Positions 1 through 9,946 of a stretch of DNA of 64,000 nt are shown piece after piece. Origin of the DNA: Candidatus Dormiibacterota bacterium (GTDB lineage Bacteria; Chloroflexota; Dormibacteria; Aeolococcales; Aeolococcaceae). The stretch covers positions 332,734 through 396,733 of the forward strand of contig CAVWEG010000004.1 of assembly GCA_963754015.1 (NCBI GenBank), given 5' to 3'. Made by a program: the position numbers and the translations under genes. Below the pieces are notes generated by a model, which was not told where the DNA came from, did not search any database, and saw nothing but the letters and a program-made list of their open reading frames with translations. The stretch's first letter is position 1, and each line of letters opens with the position of its first letter.

Positions 1-288
1 TATGGTCGCGTTCGGGTTCGCACAGTGTCGCCTCGGACCGCCCCCGGCAAGCACGCCCTCCACCCTCAGGCTGGGTCAACGGAGGGCGACACCTTCGCGC
101 GGCAGGGATGTCGGCGAAGTTCCTAGCCTCCCCATTTTCCGGACGCTCGCATCGTCGCTCCTGATTCCACAACATTGACCGTCGAGAGGAAGTCACACTT
201 GCTGCGCGCCCGCTTTCTACTCCGCCGAGGGCAGGACGTGACAGTTCGTCGATCGTTCCGAGGCGTCTTTACTTGCTGAGCGGCGCGA

Positions 289-822
289 TCAAAGCACCTC
301 AAACTTCATATACACCTTGCGCTGCTCAGTTGTCGCCCCACCGACATCGGCAAGTAAGGCGAGAAGTTGATTGAAATCGCCCTTCGACAGGTCGCACTCA
401 ACCGCCTCCCAGAGTGCCCGCCCTGTCGGAAGGACGGCCGGCGACTTTCGTAACAACCTCCGGCTGCTCTCCTGAAGGCGTTGCGGCGTTACACCTCCTC
501 GCATAAGCACGTCGCGGAGACTCAGGCTCATCTCCCGAAGGAAGGAGCGTTCATTCCTTGCCGCACGCTCCCCGGAATGCGTGAGCGTACCCTCGTCAGT
601 CAGAAGTCCAAGTCGTCCTGCCATGGCCACAGCACGAAGGACGGCCCGTCGGGATGGCTTGGACACGTAATCGTCGCTATCTGAGTCGTATTGAAGAGTG
701 AGGAATGACGGGTGTCGCCGTGCCAACACAACATCTGCAAGTGGCCCCTCCGCAGGTGACCGTCTGTCGGCGTCATCGAGGACGAGTCGAATCTTCGCGT
801 AAAGGGAGCGCTCGGACGTCAT
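289..822 (-). CDS. Hypothetical protein (177 aa), fourth gene of the SIR2/PRTase cassette
   Basis: ORF track. The start codon overlaps the stop of the upstream 403-aa ORF by 1 nt (TGATG), which suggests translational coupling. No recognisable motif. Confidence 0.45.
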   Translation of the reverse strand: MTSERSLYAKIRLVLDDADRRSPAEGPLADVVLARRHPSFLTLQYDSDSDDYVSKPSRRAVLRAVAMAGRLGLLTDEGTLTHSGERAARNERSFLREMSLSLRDVLMRGGVTPQRLQESSRRLLRKSPAVLPTGRALWEAVECDLSKGDFNQLLALLADVGGATTEQRKVYMKFEVL

Positions 823-2033
823 CAGATCTCGGCTATCCGTCGCACGTCACCTTCGAGCAACCGCAGCGCATCTGGCGGGACCTGCCCGTCGATGACCCAC
901 CAACTCAGGGCACGCGTGGTCCGGTCGAGTCCGAGCCGGTCGCTCGTCCGATCGACCTCCGCGTCCAACGCATGAGCTTCCTCCCCAGCGAGAGTGCCCA
1001 CCGTCTCAGCCTCGCACGCCCGAGTTATCGCAGTGGCCAGCGTAACCGCAGCTTCTCGTACCGGCATCATCTCTCTGGCATGGAGGATGCGCGCATCTGT
1101 CCAGATCTCCCGCTCGTGCACATGCAGGCGGTCGAAGATGAGCCGTTCTCCGCATCCTTCGGTGAGTTGATCGCTTATCGTCAGCCGCGCGCGCGCGTAA
1201 CGTTGCTCGTTATCAATGATCTTGCGCTGCAATTCGCCACGACTTCGATTCATCCGCCTCACGACAGTTAGATCGGGGCACGTGCCCGACTGACAGCCGC
1301 GCAGAAAGACGTTCCAGCAGCGTCGGATGAGCGTTTCGTGGTACTCGACCGCGCGAATCGTGCGCTCGACGTTCCCGTGTGTACCAAGAGCTCTCATGTC
1401 CTCCTCAGCGATGCCGTGCAAGGCATGGGCGAGAGGAACGATAATCCGCCGCGCCGAGGGACAGGCAGATAGAGCAGCCTCAGCATCAACTCTTGGGATG
1501 GTCGGGAGGATTCGCGTACGCGGATCGTTTGGCACCGGACCCTCCGGTTCGCGATGGGGTCTGATATCGAACATGACTCGCTCCGGGATAATCTCCTGGA
1601 TAGCAAAGGCAATATCTAAGACGTATCTGGTCGGCTCATCCCGCCGTCCCACAAGCGCCTGACCTGGCCCATACATGCCCTGTCGTTCTTCGAGCGGCAC
1701 AGGCAGATAGACATCTGCCTGGTCGACAAAGAGCTCGCGAGCAGCTCGTAGGGTGCGAGCGGCGACGTTGGCCAACTTATCGAAGGGAATGGCGGTCCGC
1801 CCTCCTGGGTCGAAGCCGTCCTCGCACCATCCGGCGAACAGAGCCTGCACAGTCGCCAAGAACCGGACGTGCTCCTGACCAACTAACCCCCTATCGCTAG
1901 CGTTGACGGCAAGTCTACGGACTATCCCCGCCACGGCCGGCACCGGAGGCAGATCAATGCCACGTGGATTCCGGCTCCAAGATTCCATGACGGCGCGTGA
2001 AGTCGCGAACCAAGTCGCTCGCGACCTCTCCAT
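822..2033 (-). CDS. Hypothetical protein (403 aa), third gene of the SIR2/PRTase cassette
   Basis: Long ORF co-oriented with and coupled to its neighbours. Its 5' end overlaps the PRTase ORF by about 80 nt, so the true start is probably internal or an indel joins or splits the pair. It has a weak Pol-beta-like stretch (GPGQALVGRRDEPTRYVLDIAF) that is insufficient for a nucleotidyltransferase call. Confidence 0.45.
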   Translation of the reverse strand: MERSRATWFATSRAVMESWSRNPRGIDLPPVPAVAGIVRRLAVNASDRGLVGQEHVRFLATVQALFAGWCEDGFDPGGRTAIPFDKLANVAARTLRAARELFVDQADVYLPVPLEERQGMYGPGQALVGRRDEPTRYVLDIAFAIQEIIPERVMFDIRPHREPEGPVPNDPRTRILPTIPRVDAEAALSACPSARRIIVPLAHALHGIAEEDMRALGTHGNVERTIRAVEYHETLIRRCWNVFLRGCQSGTCPDLTVVRRMNRSRGELQRKIIDNEQRYARARLTISDQLTEGCGERLIFDRLHVHEREIWTDARILHAREMMPVREAAVTLATAITRACEAETVGTLAGEEAHALDAEVDRTSDRLGLDRTTRALSWWVIDGQVPPDALRLLEGDVRRIAEI

Positions 2034-3486
2034 CAGGCAGATATGTCCGGCACACGACCTCAGCCGATTCGATCATCTGCACGCGCTCCACCTTCGTGAC
2101 GAGCATGGCCTCGTCGATGAGGACATCCATGCAAGAGCTCACTACCGCCTTCGGAAGCCCATTCGACCTGCCGATACTGGCGACTTCGCGCATGGTGATG
2201 CCTTGAGGGCTCTTTTCCCCGTACTTCTTGGCCTCAGTCCGCTCAGTAGCTCGTCGATCTGCAAGCCGCTCGATCTCTTGGAGCAGCGCCAAGGCGGCTG
2301 TTTCAAGGGCTTCGCGAGATGGATTATAGATGCGTCCTACCTGCCACCTACGGGCCCTAAGCCGCGTCCCCATAGCCTGAGCTCTCACCCATACATTCGA
2401 TAGTCGGCCGTGAAACGCAGTGAGATCTAAGGTCGGATACACCACGCTGAGGTGATTGAGGTCGTAGCGGCCGGCGTTCGGGATCGCCGGCTCTCCAGAA
2501 ACCTCTGGAAGATGCACCTCGCACACTTGGCCACGGGCGGCGCTGATGTCCCGCAAAGCCAGAAGGAGCGGATCTAAGGAGGCTCGCAAAGCCACTGCGT
2601 GAAAACGCGCCTCATCGTCGAGGCTAGCCCAATTTCCCAGTATCGACGATTCCCCTGGAGCCGGCTCCCACGATGCATCGACCTCACACGGAGTGTCAGG
2701 TAGGCAGATTGGAATGAGCGCAAACTCCCCTGGGAGTCGCTCCACGACGCGACACTTTCTGACCACGCCATCGGCTCGCGTTCCTGGTGGCAGTGCGGCA
2801 AGTTCCTCGTCCGGCATTTGCTTCCCGTAAAAAACCGTAAGATTTTTCCGATCGCCGCCCGAGTTAAACACCACGACTTCTCCAGAGCGGCTCAGTGCTT
2901 CTGCCAACCGACCTATCGGGGCTCTCAATCGCAGTCGCACTTCCACATGCTCCGTGTCGAGCATGAGCGAACCCGCGCGCTGCAGTGCCGTAACAAGGCG
3001 CGCTCGTGTCTGTCGGAACGCCTCCGTGGGAAGATGCTGAAGCCACGCAGCATCTGGAAAATGGGTAGTGTGGAATTCGTAGCCGGTACCCGCGTCTTCG
3101 TGCATGGCGAATGCGGCAACACGAACATTGCCAAGGGCATCGTCAGTTGCACCGACACTCCGAAGCTGTTCGAGAATGGTTCGCAGCGCATTGCCTTTCC
3201 GCACCATGTCATCCACGACGAGTAGCTTTGCCCCAGCAAGGCGATTCAAGGGAACCGAGCTTAGCGAGCTGCTCGAGACGACTTGTTCCCACGATGGAAT
3301 GCGCTGGGCTGGTTCGTTCGCGAGTGATTCCAGGACCGCACGGTAGATTGCAGTGCCCTTCCGCTCCGTGACAATGACAACATCTGGATGGAAGTCCGTG
3401 ACCTGTTGCACGATGAACTGGCGGAGCTGACGCAGCGTCATCTCGGGGGTTTGCTCCACGACGCCGGTCAGCGCGGCGAGAGTCAA
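1954..3486 (-). CDS. PRTase-domain protein (N-terminal type-I phosphoribosyltransferase-like fold plus a ~380-aa C-terminal region of unknown function)
   Basis: The N-terminal ~130 aa has a PRTase layout. HPDVVIVTERKGTAIYRAVL is followed by the hydrophobic-x4-DD signature AKLLVVDDMVRKGNAL (canonical VLLVDDVLTTGGT). The start overlaps the SIR2-like stop by 4 nt (ATGA). Confidence 0.55.
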   Translation of the reverse strand: MTLAALTGVVEQTPEMTLRQLRQFIVQQVTDFHPDVVIVTERKGTAIYRAVLESLANEPAQRIPSWEQVVSSSSLSSVPLNRLAGAKLLVVDDMVRKGNALRTILEQLRSVGATDDALGNVRVAAFAMHEDAGTGYEFHTTHFPDAAWLQHLPTEAFRQTRARLVTALQRAGSLMLDTEHVEVRLRLRAPIGRLAEALSRSGEVVVFNSGGDRKNLTVFYGKQMPDEELAALPPGTRADGVVRKCRVVERLPGEFALIPICLPDTPCEVDASWEPAPGESSILGNWASLDDEARFHAVALRASLDPLLLALRDISAARGQVCEVHLPEVSGEPAIPNAGRYDLNHLSVVYPTLDLTAFHGRLSNVWVRAQAMGTRLRARRWQVGRIYNPSREALETAALALLQEIERLADRRATERTEAKKYGEKSPQGITMREVASIGRSNGLPKAVVSSCMDVLIDEAMLVTKVERVQMIESAEVVCRTYLPDGEVASDLVRDFTRRHGILEPESTWH

Positions 3487-4547
3487 CTCACGACCCCAGA
3501 TCGAACGGGACCGAGCTCACGAAGAAACGCGTACGCGTCAGGGTCCTCTTGAAGATCAAGCACTTCGCGGAGCTTTCTCACCTTTGATGCCAACTCCGTG
3601 GGACTCCACCCATAGTACTGACCCAAGAGCTCAGCATCCTGCTCGTCGCGGACCCTGGGGAGCAACTCGCCGAGCTCGCGGAAGAAGTCATATGCGGTGA
3701 GCGGAATGTATTTGGCCCCGCGCATTTCCCAGATTGCGCGGTGGAGTCGATATTCGGCGCCGCTGCTGACGGGGTATGCAACGTATGTCCATTTGGAGTG
3801 ACCTTGACGTAGCCGTAGCCGCTCCCTGTACCTTGCGAAGAGGTGTCGGAAGTCTGGATCGGACATCGAGTAACCAACAAAACAGAAGACTCGCGAAAAG
3901 TACAGACGATCCATGAGAATCGCCTCGACGCTTCGGAAGGACGTTGAGGCGAGTGTCTCGTCCTCAGTCATCTGGAAGGTCTTGTCCACTAACCCGTGAA
4001 TATGCAACACGGGAATCCGTCCGTCGAGCAAGGCGGATTCGTAGTCGTTGGCGGTTTCCTCGGTGATCGGAAGCGCCGTCTCGCCAACGGCTTCTTCAAT
4101 AAGCAATTCAAGGTTCGTGGTGAAAATGCGTCGGATTACGATGTCGCCATCCCACTGCACAAGCTTGGCTAGTGCGGCGTGCGCCGGACTCTTGACGCCC
4201 GCCGGCGAAGGACGCATCAACACTTTCAGCTCATCTTGTAACGTGGCGCGTTTCGCTGGTAGATGCGCCTGAATCGCACCAATGATCACTTCGAAAGGCG
4301 CGGAGTTGGCTAAACGCGCGAGTTCGTCCTCTGAGATTCGGGCGCTGCCCGTGAACATATGTTTGCGGAGTAGCTCGCGCGCGACCGCACCTCCCGTGGG
4401 GACGCCAGCGTCGGCAGACATACCCGACCCCACGAGAAAATCCCCTTCCCCGCTCAGGATCTCCCTCGCGATCTCGGTGAGTTCCTGCTCGATCTCACCA
4501 ATCAGGACGTCACCCAGCGCAGATTTTAGATCCGCAAACGAAAGCAT
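3483..4547 (-). CDS. SIR2-like (SIR2_2/DUF4020-type) NAD-binding protein
   Basis: N-terminal Rossmann motif FLVGSGMSADAGVPTGG (compare sirtuin GAGIS..GIP). A HIHG motif lies at the expected catalytic His position and a FVGYSMSDPDF motif downstream. First gene of a four-gene coupled operon. Confidence 0.6.
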   Translation of the reverse strand: MLSFADLKSALGDVLIGEIEQELTEIAREILSGEGDFLVGSGMSADAGVPTGGAVARELLRKHMFTGSARISEDELARLANSAPFEVIIGAIQAHLPAKRATLQDELKVLMRPSPAGVKSPAHAALAKLVQWDGDIVIRRIFTTNLELLIEEAVGETALPITEETANDYESALLDGRIPVLHIHGLVDKTFQMTEDETLASTSFRSVEAILMDRLYFSRVFCFVGYSMSDPDFRHLFARYRERLRLRQGHSKWTYVAYPVSSGAEYRLHRAIWEMRGAKYIPLTAYDFFRELGELLPRVRDEQDAELLGQYYGWSPTELASKVRKLREVLDLQEDPDAYAFLRELGPVRSGVVS

Positions 4548-4833
4548 GCGTGACCACCGTCTAATCTCCTAGCGAGTTCCGTAGTGTAGAGGAACCGGGC
4601 ACACCCCATTGGGACGCCAGGCGCGGAGTTGTCGGCTCCTGGGGTCCCTGACCCCACCCTGTCTACCTTGAGCATATTTGATCGCGTACAAGGCGGTGGA
4701 TTCGAAGTCACGACCTACGGGGCCACTACTCGAGACGCTCGTCGGCGATTTCCGGCGCTGTCAGCGGTACACACAGGCGACCGTGCTCCTGCGAATTCCG
4801 TCGCAACAGGCGGGCGAGAACAATAGCGCTTGC

Positions 4834-5556
4834 TTACGAGCTCGCGTCGGCCCCCGCCAAGGGCGCTCCCGCCTCTCCTCGCGAATGCGCGTCCCACTTC
4901 CCATCGCGGATCGCCAGGTGGACGTCGCACCGCGCGTCCACTGCCGGGTCATGCGTCGCCACGAGCAGCGTCGCACCCGTGCGAGCTTGGAGTGCAATCA
5001 GCATGTCGATGATCGCTACCCCCGTCGCCGTGTCGAGATTGCCAGTGGGTTCGTCAGCGAGGAGCAGCGGCGGTTCAACAATCAGCGCGCGCGCGATGGC
5101 CACTCGCTGTTGTTCGCCTCCGGATAACTCTGACGGCAGCGCATCCCCGCGACCGTCGAGGCCAACCTCTTCTAATAACTCGCGAGCCCGACGCTGCAAC
5201 GGCTTCCCAGCCTGATAGGGAAGCAAAGGTGCAGCGACGTTGTCAGCGGCGGTGAGCGCCGGCAACAGGTGAAATCGTTGGAACACGAAGCCGACCCTGC
5301 GACGATACGCGACCAACTTCCGACGTGGCAGTCCGTCGAGTTGCGTCTCCCCAACGAGTAACGTGCCCGAGGTCAGCGTGTCCATGCCGCCGATGACATG
5401 GAGCAGCGTGGATTTGCCTGAGCCAGACGGACCGGTGATCACGACCAGCGAACCTGACACGACGTCCAAGTCAAGGTGATCCAGTGCGGTCTGCGAACGT
5501 TCGCCAGCCGGATACTGACGTGTCAACCCACGCCCGGTGATCGCGACTCCTGGCAT
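4834..5556 (-). CDS. ABC transporter ATP-binding protein (MacB/LolD type)
   Basis: Walker [13 protein letters not shown] signature [15 protein letters not shown], Walker B LLLADEP. Lies immediately downstream of the FtsX-type permease. Confidence 0.85.
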   Translation of the reverse strand: MPGVAITGRGLTRQYPAGERSQTALDHLDLDVVSGSLVVITGPSGSGKSTLLHVIGGMDTLTSGTLLVGETQLDGLPRRKLVAYRRRVGFVFQRFHLLPALTAADNVAAPLLPYQAGKPLQRRARELLEEVGLDGRGDALPSELSGGEQQRVAIARALIVEPPLLLADEPTGNLDTATGVAIIDMLIALQARTGATLLVATHDPAVDARCDVHLAIRDGKWDAHSRGEAGAPLAGADASS

Positions 5557-5559
5557 CCG

Positions 5560-8398
5560 TTAGTCCTCGGCCAAAGCGGCGGCCGGCGCGACGTGCGATG
5601 CCCGCCAAGCTGGAATCGTAAGCACACCGCCGACCAGCCCCAGTCCAATAGCGGCCGCGAGCGCTGCCGCGGGTACCACCGAAAGCGCCGATCCCGTGAG
5701 GATCGCGGCGAGTCCCAGGCCGACCGCGCCCCCAGCTACAACGCCGACTATCCCGACCACCATCCCCTCGGTGAACGCGAGCCGGAAAAGCGTGGCCGGT
5801 CGCCAGCCCGTCGCGGCCAGCACAGCCTGCTCCCCAACGCGGTCGCGCAGGTTGACCGCCAGCACGTCGCCGACGCTGAACGCGCCGAGTAGCAACGCCA
5901 ACACCGCAGCGATAAGGTCAACGCCCCGAACCTGCACACTCACGACATCGCCAAGAGCCGTCCCCACCACCTCGCCTTGGAAGCCCAACTGGACCGCGAG
6001 CAACACCGCGAAGGCCGCGACTCCAATGAACAAACCGAGTGCGCCGCTGACCAGCCGTGCAGGGCGCCGCAGGAGGTTGGCCATCGCGATTCCAGACACG
6101 CGACGTACCGGCCGGTGACGGTGAACGCTTCCGACGATCGCATAGATCGCATCCAAGGGACGGCCGCGAGTCGCGACGTAAGCCGGCGCAAGGCCGGCGA
6201 CGCATGCGAGCGCAAACGCGATTGGGATGACCAAAAGTGCATGCCACCATGGCAACTCCAGATGCAGCGCCAGTGCGAGGATTTCGGCCAACCCTGCGCC
6301 GACCCCTCCGGCACTCAGACCGACCAAGGCAAGCTCCCCAAGGACGAGTCGGAAGAGTGCGGCTCGACCCCAGCCCAGACATGTCAGCACACCCAATTCA
6401 GTGCGTCGCGAGCGCACGCTCGCATAGGCACCGTTCGCGAGAAACAACACACAGACGACCAGCACCAGTACGAAGAGAACGAGGCTCTTTGCGTCCACCG
6501 CATTCAGCACCACCAGCGCCGCCCCTTTGCGAACCCAACCTTCGGCGACGGTCAGTGCCGGCTGGCCGCAACAGCCGGCGGGAACGTCAACATCCACGGT
6601 GGTTGGAGATGATCCGGCGGTGATATCTACCTGCAGCCCGGTGGCTTTCTTGATGGCCGTTGCGACCGCCAGGATCCGGGCCTGGTCGATAGCTTCGAAG
6701 CCGTGCACGTTGGCAATGCGGACTCGGATCGCACTGATTGGTGCAGCGGCGTCGGTGGGTGAGTATCGGGTGCAAAACGGCAATTGATGGTGCGGGTCGT
6801 TGATGTAGCACTGTTGCGAGAGCATCTGCTCCATCGCGGTCAGGGTCGTTAGAAGGAGTGGCGGTTGCGCCAAGTAGCCACCCAGGTTGGTGGTGGGACC
6901 CAGCGGCTGGTTCTTGAGCGCGTTCCGCGATGCCGGGTTTCCTCCCGTGACAACGGGAGGGTAGTACGTCTCGAGAGGTACGGCGCTCAGAGGATTGAAA
7001 CCGGGGAGCTTCTCCGGGTCGAACTGTCCGATCACCGACAAACGGACCGTCCCCGACGAGCCGAGTGTTGGGTTGTAGACGCCGTTGGCGTGGTGCACGG
7101 CGATCGCTTGGAATTGGGTGTCCTCGTTGCCTGGTGGCGCGGTGATGGGTCCTTCGCCGTCGTCGCGGGCGATCCACTCTGAGGGGGCGTTGACGGTCGT
7201 GGAAGGAGTGAGCATGCCACCACTATCCGTGTACGTGATCCCCGCCCCGGTCCAGTAGGCGTACACAAATCCGGGATCCGTAAACGCCCCAGTCGCGGAC
7301 AGCGTTGGGTGTTGCAGTTCGTCGAGGAGGGCGGTGTAGCCAGCTTGCGCCGAGAGTTGGGTGTGTTCGACGACCGACCCCGAAAGTCCGTGCAGAAAGG
7401 CTTCCACCGTAGCGGAGTTGCGATCCGCAAGCCGATCGACCGCGCTCACTCCTGGCGGAATGGTGAGTTGCTGCACATCGGCGGTGAGCGATTCGTCGAG
7501 ATAGGTGCGCGACGCCGCCATAACCGGCAGACCCGAGCTCTCCTCCACCGGACGCGACAACCCCTGCTGCTCCTGGAGGTAGTCACCAGACACGACCGTG
7601 TCCGGCAGTCCCACCAACTTCGCTTCCTGGACCGGATCGACTGCGGCGAGCAGCATCGGGAAGCTGAAGGTCACCAATGCGCCAGGAGCGGATTGAAGTC
7701 CGGCCGCTGCGGCCGAATTGATCGTGGGGGTGACGGCGGAGAAGCATGCGAGGTCGACCTCTCCCGCTGTGTCCAACCCTCCCGGCGGCCCGAAGGGTTG
7801 GAGCGAGGGACAGGTGATCGTTGGTTTCGCTTGTCCTGGCAGGACTTCTTCCACCAGGGCACCGCCATCCATGGGCACGAGAACGAAGCGGTCGGTAGGG
7901 GTGTAATAGACGTAGTACGTGCCCCCGGGATACGACGACAAGCCGTTGTCCGCCTTCCAGGTTGTGGTCACACGATACAACTGATGCGGGTTAGTGTTGC
8001 TGGCAGGGTTGACCGGAACCACGACCGTGGCTTCGGGGATCACATAACCGATGTTGGCAATCGGAGCTGCGACGGAAACACCGGGAAGAGAGAGGATCTT
8101 CTGCCACTGTGCCTGCGTGATCCCGCCAAAGGTATCGGCGAGGTAGTTGTCCCGGACCAGGTTGTCTTGGGTCTCGATAGCGTTGGCGCTGCCTTTTGGG
8201 CGGACGAGGATGTCATAAGCTGGCCGTGCGGCGGCATCGACCGTGCCGTGGACGGCAAGTTGAACTCGTTGAAGCCGCGGCGGTGAGCAGCGAGAAACTC
8301 ACGGATGCGACGACGATGCCGGCACCCAAGGCCAGGAGGCGGTCAATGCGAGACCGCACCTGTTGAACGATGACCCCTCCTAGGCGAAAGCGAACCAC
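5560..8398 (-). CDS. MacB/FtsX-family ABC permease with a very large (~480 aa) extracytoplasmic domain. An apparent frameshift near 8213-8295 separates TM1 from the remainder.
   Basis: The C-terminal three to four TM helices are FtsX-like. The main frame stays open upstream of 8043 (AYDILVRPKGSANAIETQDNLVRDNYL...). The N-terminal TM1 (VQQVRSRIDRLLALGAGIVVASVSFSLL) sits in a different frame (8213-8398, with a GTG at 8398). Confidence 0.7.
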
Positions 8399-8568
8399 TC
8401 CACCATCATGGACCGCTGCACAGGAGCGGTCTAGGGCCAAACGCCGGGGCCGCCAGATGGACAGGAGCAACGTGGATCGATGGGCCGATCTCCGGTCCGA
8501 CCTGCACTTGACACGCGCCGCGGATGCTGGTATGACGGTCGCGATCAGGAAAAACATCTGGAGGGCAT

Positions 8569-8757
8569 GTGATGTTGGGACGCCTCGCCGATCGGATGGT
8601 GTCAAAGCTCCTACCCCACGCCCACGCGAGCGCCCAATGCACGCCGTTCTGTACCCCAAACGATGCTTGTGGATGCACCTGTGGGGGGACGAACTGTCAT
8701 CGCAACGTGTTCTCGAATTGCCACATCACCTGCTTGTGCCCGGCCGCGTGCCCGTAG
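8569..8757 (+). CDS. Cys-rich small peptide (62 aa, 10 Cys in the C-terminal 39 aa), putative secreted disulfide-rich peptide or RiPP-like precursor
   Basis: GGAGGG lies 6-7 nt upstream of ATG 8572 (GTG at 8569). Sequence MMLGRLADRMVSKLLPHAHA|SAQCTPFCTPNDACGCTCGGTNCHRNVFSNCHITCLCPAACP. Immediately followed by MauE-like, thioredoxin-like, ABC exporter and S26 peptidase genes. Confidence 0.45.
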   Translation: MMLGRLADRMVSKLLPHAHASAQCTPFCTPNDACGCTCGGTNCHRNVFSNCHITCLCPAACP

Positions 8758-8851
8758 TCGGGGCTGACGCACAACTTCACTGACGGGTAGCTTGAGGCTG
8801 GTCGCAAATCACCGCCTCAGGTAAGCGGGCTGCAGATCTGGAGGCGCGGCT

Positions 8852-9382
8852 TTGGCGTACGTCGTACTGTGCTGCCGTTTGCTGCTCGGCGCAACATTCG
8901 TCGCATCGCTGGCAACCAAACTCCGGTCTCGCGCGACGCTGCACGAGTTCTTGGCCGCTGCGGGAGCCCTGCTGCGGAGTGACTCGCCCTTGGTCCGCTT
9001 GCTCGCCGTAACCTCGATTGCCACCGAACTCTTGATTGTGATCACACTGCTGATCCCAGCGTTGGTTACCGCAGGGTTCGCGCTGACCGCTCTGTTGCTG
9101 CTCGTCTATACGCTGGCCATCGCCCGGGCATTGCAGCACGGGGTGACGACGCCGTGCCGCTGCATCGGAACCTCGAGTGATCCGCTCCATTCGTGGTTGA
9201 TCCTCCGCAATGCAGTCCTGTTCACCGTGTCAATCGTCGGTATTGCGACATCCTTGGCAGGCAGCCCGGCAGTCGGGTTCACGACCGCGCTGGCAGTCTC
9301 CGTGGCGATCGCCATCTTCGGCCTCGCCCTCGTGATGTCATTCGACGACCTCGTGTACCTTGCGCGCCGGAACCCGATGTGA
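8852..9382 (+). CDS. MauE/DoxX-family membrane protein (disulfide-bond formation accessory)
   Basis: 176 aa with four predicted TM helices and a CxC (TPCRCIG) in a loop. Sits where mauE sits relative to the mauD-like thioredoxin. Confidence 0.55.
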   Translation: MAYVVLCCRLLLGATFVASLATKLRSRATLHEFLAAAGALLRSDSPLVRLLAVTSIATELLIVITLLIPALVTAGFALTALLLLVYTLAIARALQHGVTTPCRCIGTSSDPLHSWLILRNAVLFTVSIVGIATSLAGSPAVGFTTALAVSVAIAIFGLALVMSFDDLVYLARRNPM

Positions 9383-9535
9383 CCGTCGGGAGTTTCGCGC
9401 TCGCATCCGTGGCGGTGGCGATCAGCCTCGTCAACCTCCTCCTAATCCTCGGGATCGTGCGCCGAATGCGCCAGATGGAACCGATGGTTCCGGCCGCATA
9501 TTTCGAAATCGAGTTCGGGTCCCGCGCCCGGCTCC

Positions 9536-9934
9536 GTGCTCCCGGAGTTCAATGCGCGAACGACCAGCGGGCAGCAGGCACACGGCTCAGCACTCGCAAC
9601 AAACCACGGGCTCATGGCTTTTCTCTCGGTGGGTTGTAGCGCGTGCCATGAGCAGATCCCGCTGCTCAACGCTTACGTAGCCCGCGAGCGCCTCGATCCC
9701 GACCATGCCTTGATTGTGGTGAGCGGTGACCCCGACGGACGGAGCGAATACGCGCAACAGGCCGCGTCATTTGCTCATGTCGTTGTCGAAGCGGCGAACG
9801 GCCCTCTCACCCGAATCTTTGATATCAAGGCGTTCCCGACGGTGCTCGCCCTGCACGACGGCCGAGTCCAAGCGAACGCCCCCAGTGTGAACGCGCTCCA
9901 CCATGAGACGGCGCGCTCGCGCGCGGGGAGCTGA
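9536..9934 (+). CDS. Thioredoxin-fold thiol:disulfide oxidoreductase (MauD/TlpA/redoxin-like)
   Basis: Contains FLSVGCSACHEQIPLL (WCxxC-type active site) and an upstream LPEF...G strand pattern. A TM helix that could serve as the membrane anchor is encoded in another frame just upstream (9380-9530), so an N-terminal frameshift is possible. Confidence 0.55.
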   Translation: MLPEFNARTTSGQQAHGSALATNHGLMAFLSVGCSACHEQIPLLNAYVARERLDPDHALIVVSGDPDGRSEYAQQAASFAHVVVEAANGPLTRIFDIKAFPTVLALHDGRVQANAPSVNALHHETARSRAGS

Positions 9935-9946
9935 ATCGAAGCGGAT

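Noticed and set aside
4700-4745. tRNA-like fragment ggtggattcgaagtcacgacc in the SIR2 upstream region, considered as a possible attR copy of the tRNA-Ser 3' end
   Set aside because: The T-arm does not form a hairpin (ggtgg versus gtcac). It does not match the tRNA-Ser(GGA) 3' end (gagggattcgaaccctc). No flanking acceptor complementarity is present.
8370-8783. 137-aa + strand ORF and 148-aa and 90-aa minus-strand ORFs overlapping the Cys-rich peptide gene
   Set aside because: The + strand 137-aa ORF has no motif or RBS and a basic, low-complexity composition. The minus-strand 148-aa ORF is better explained as the frameshifted N-terminus (TM1) of the FtsX permease and ends at 8213. The small Cys-rich frame has an RBS and a functionally coherent downstream context. 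Conservation was not checked.
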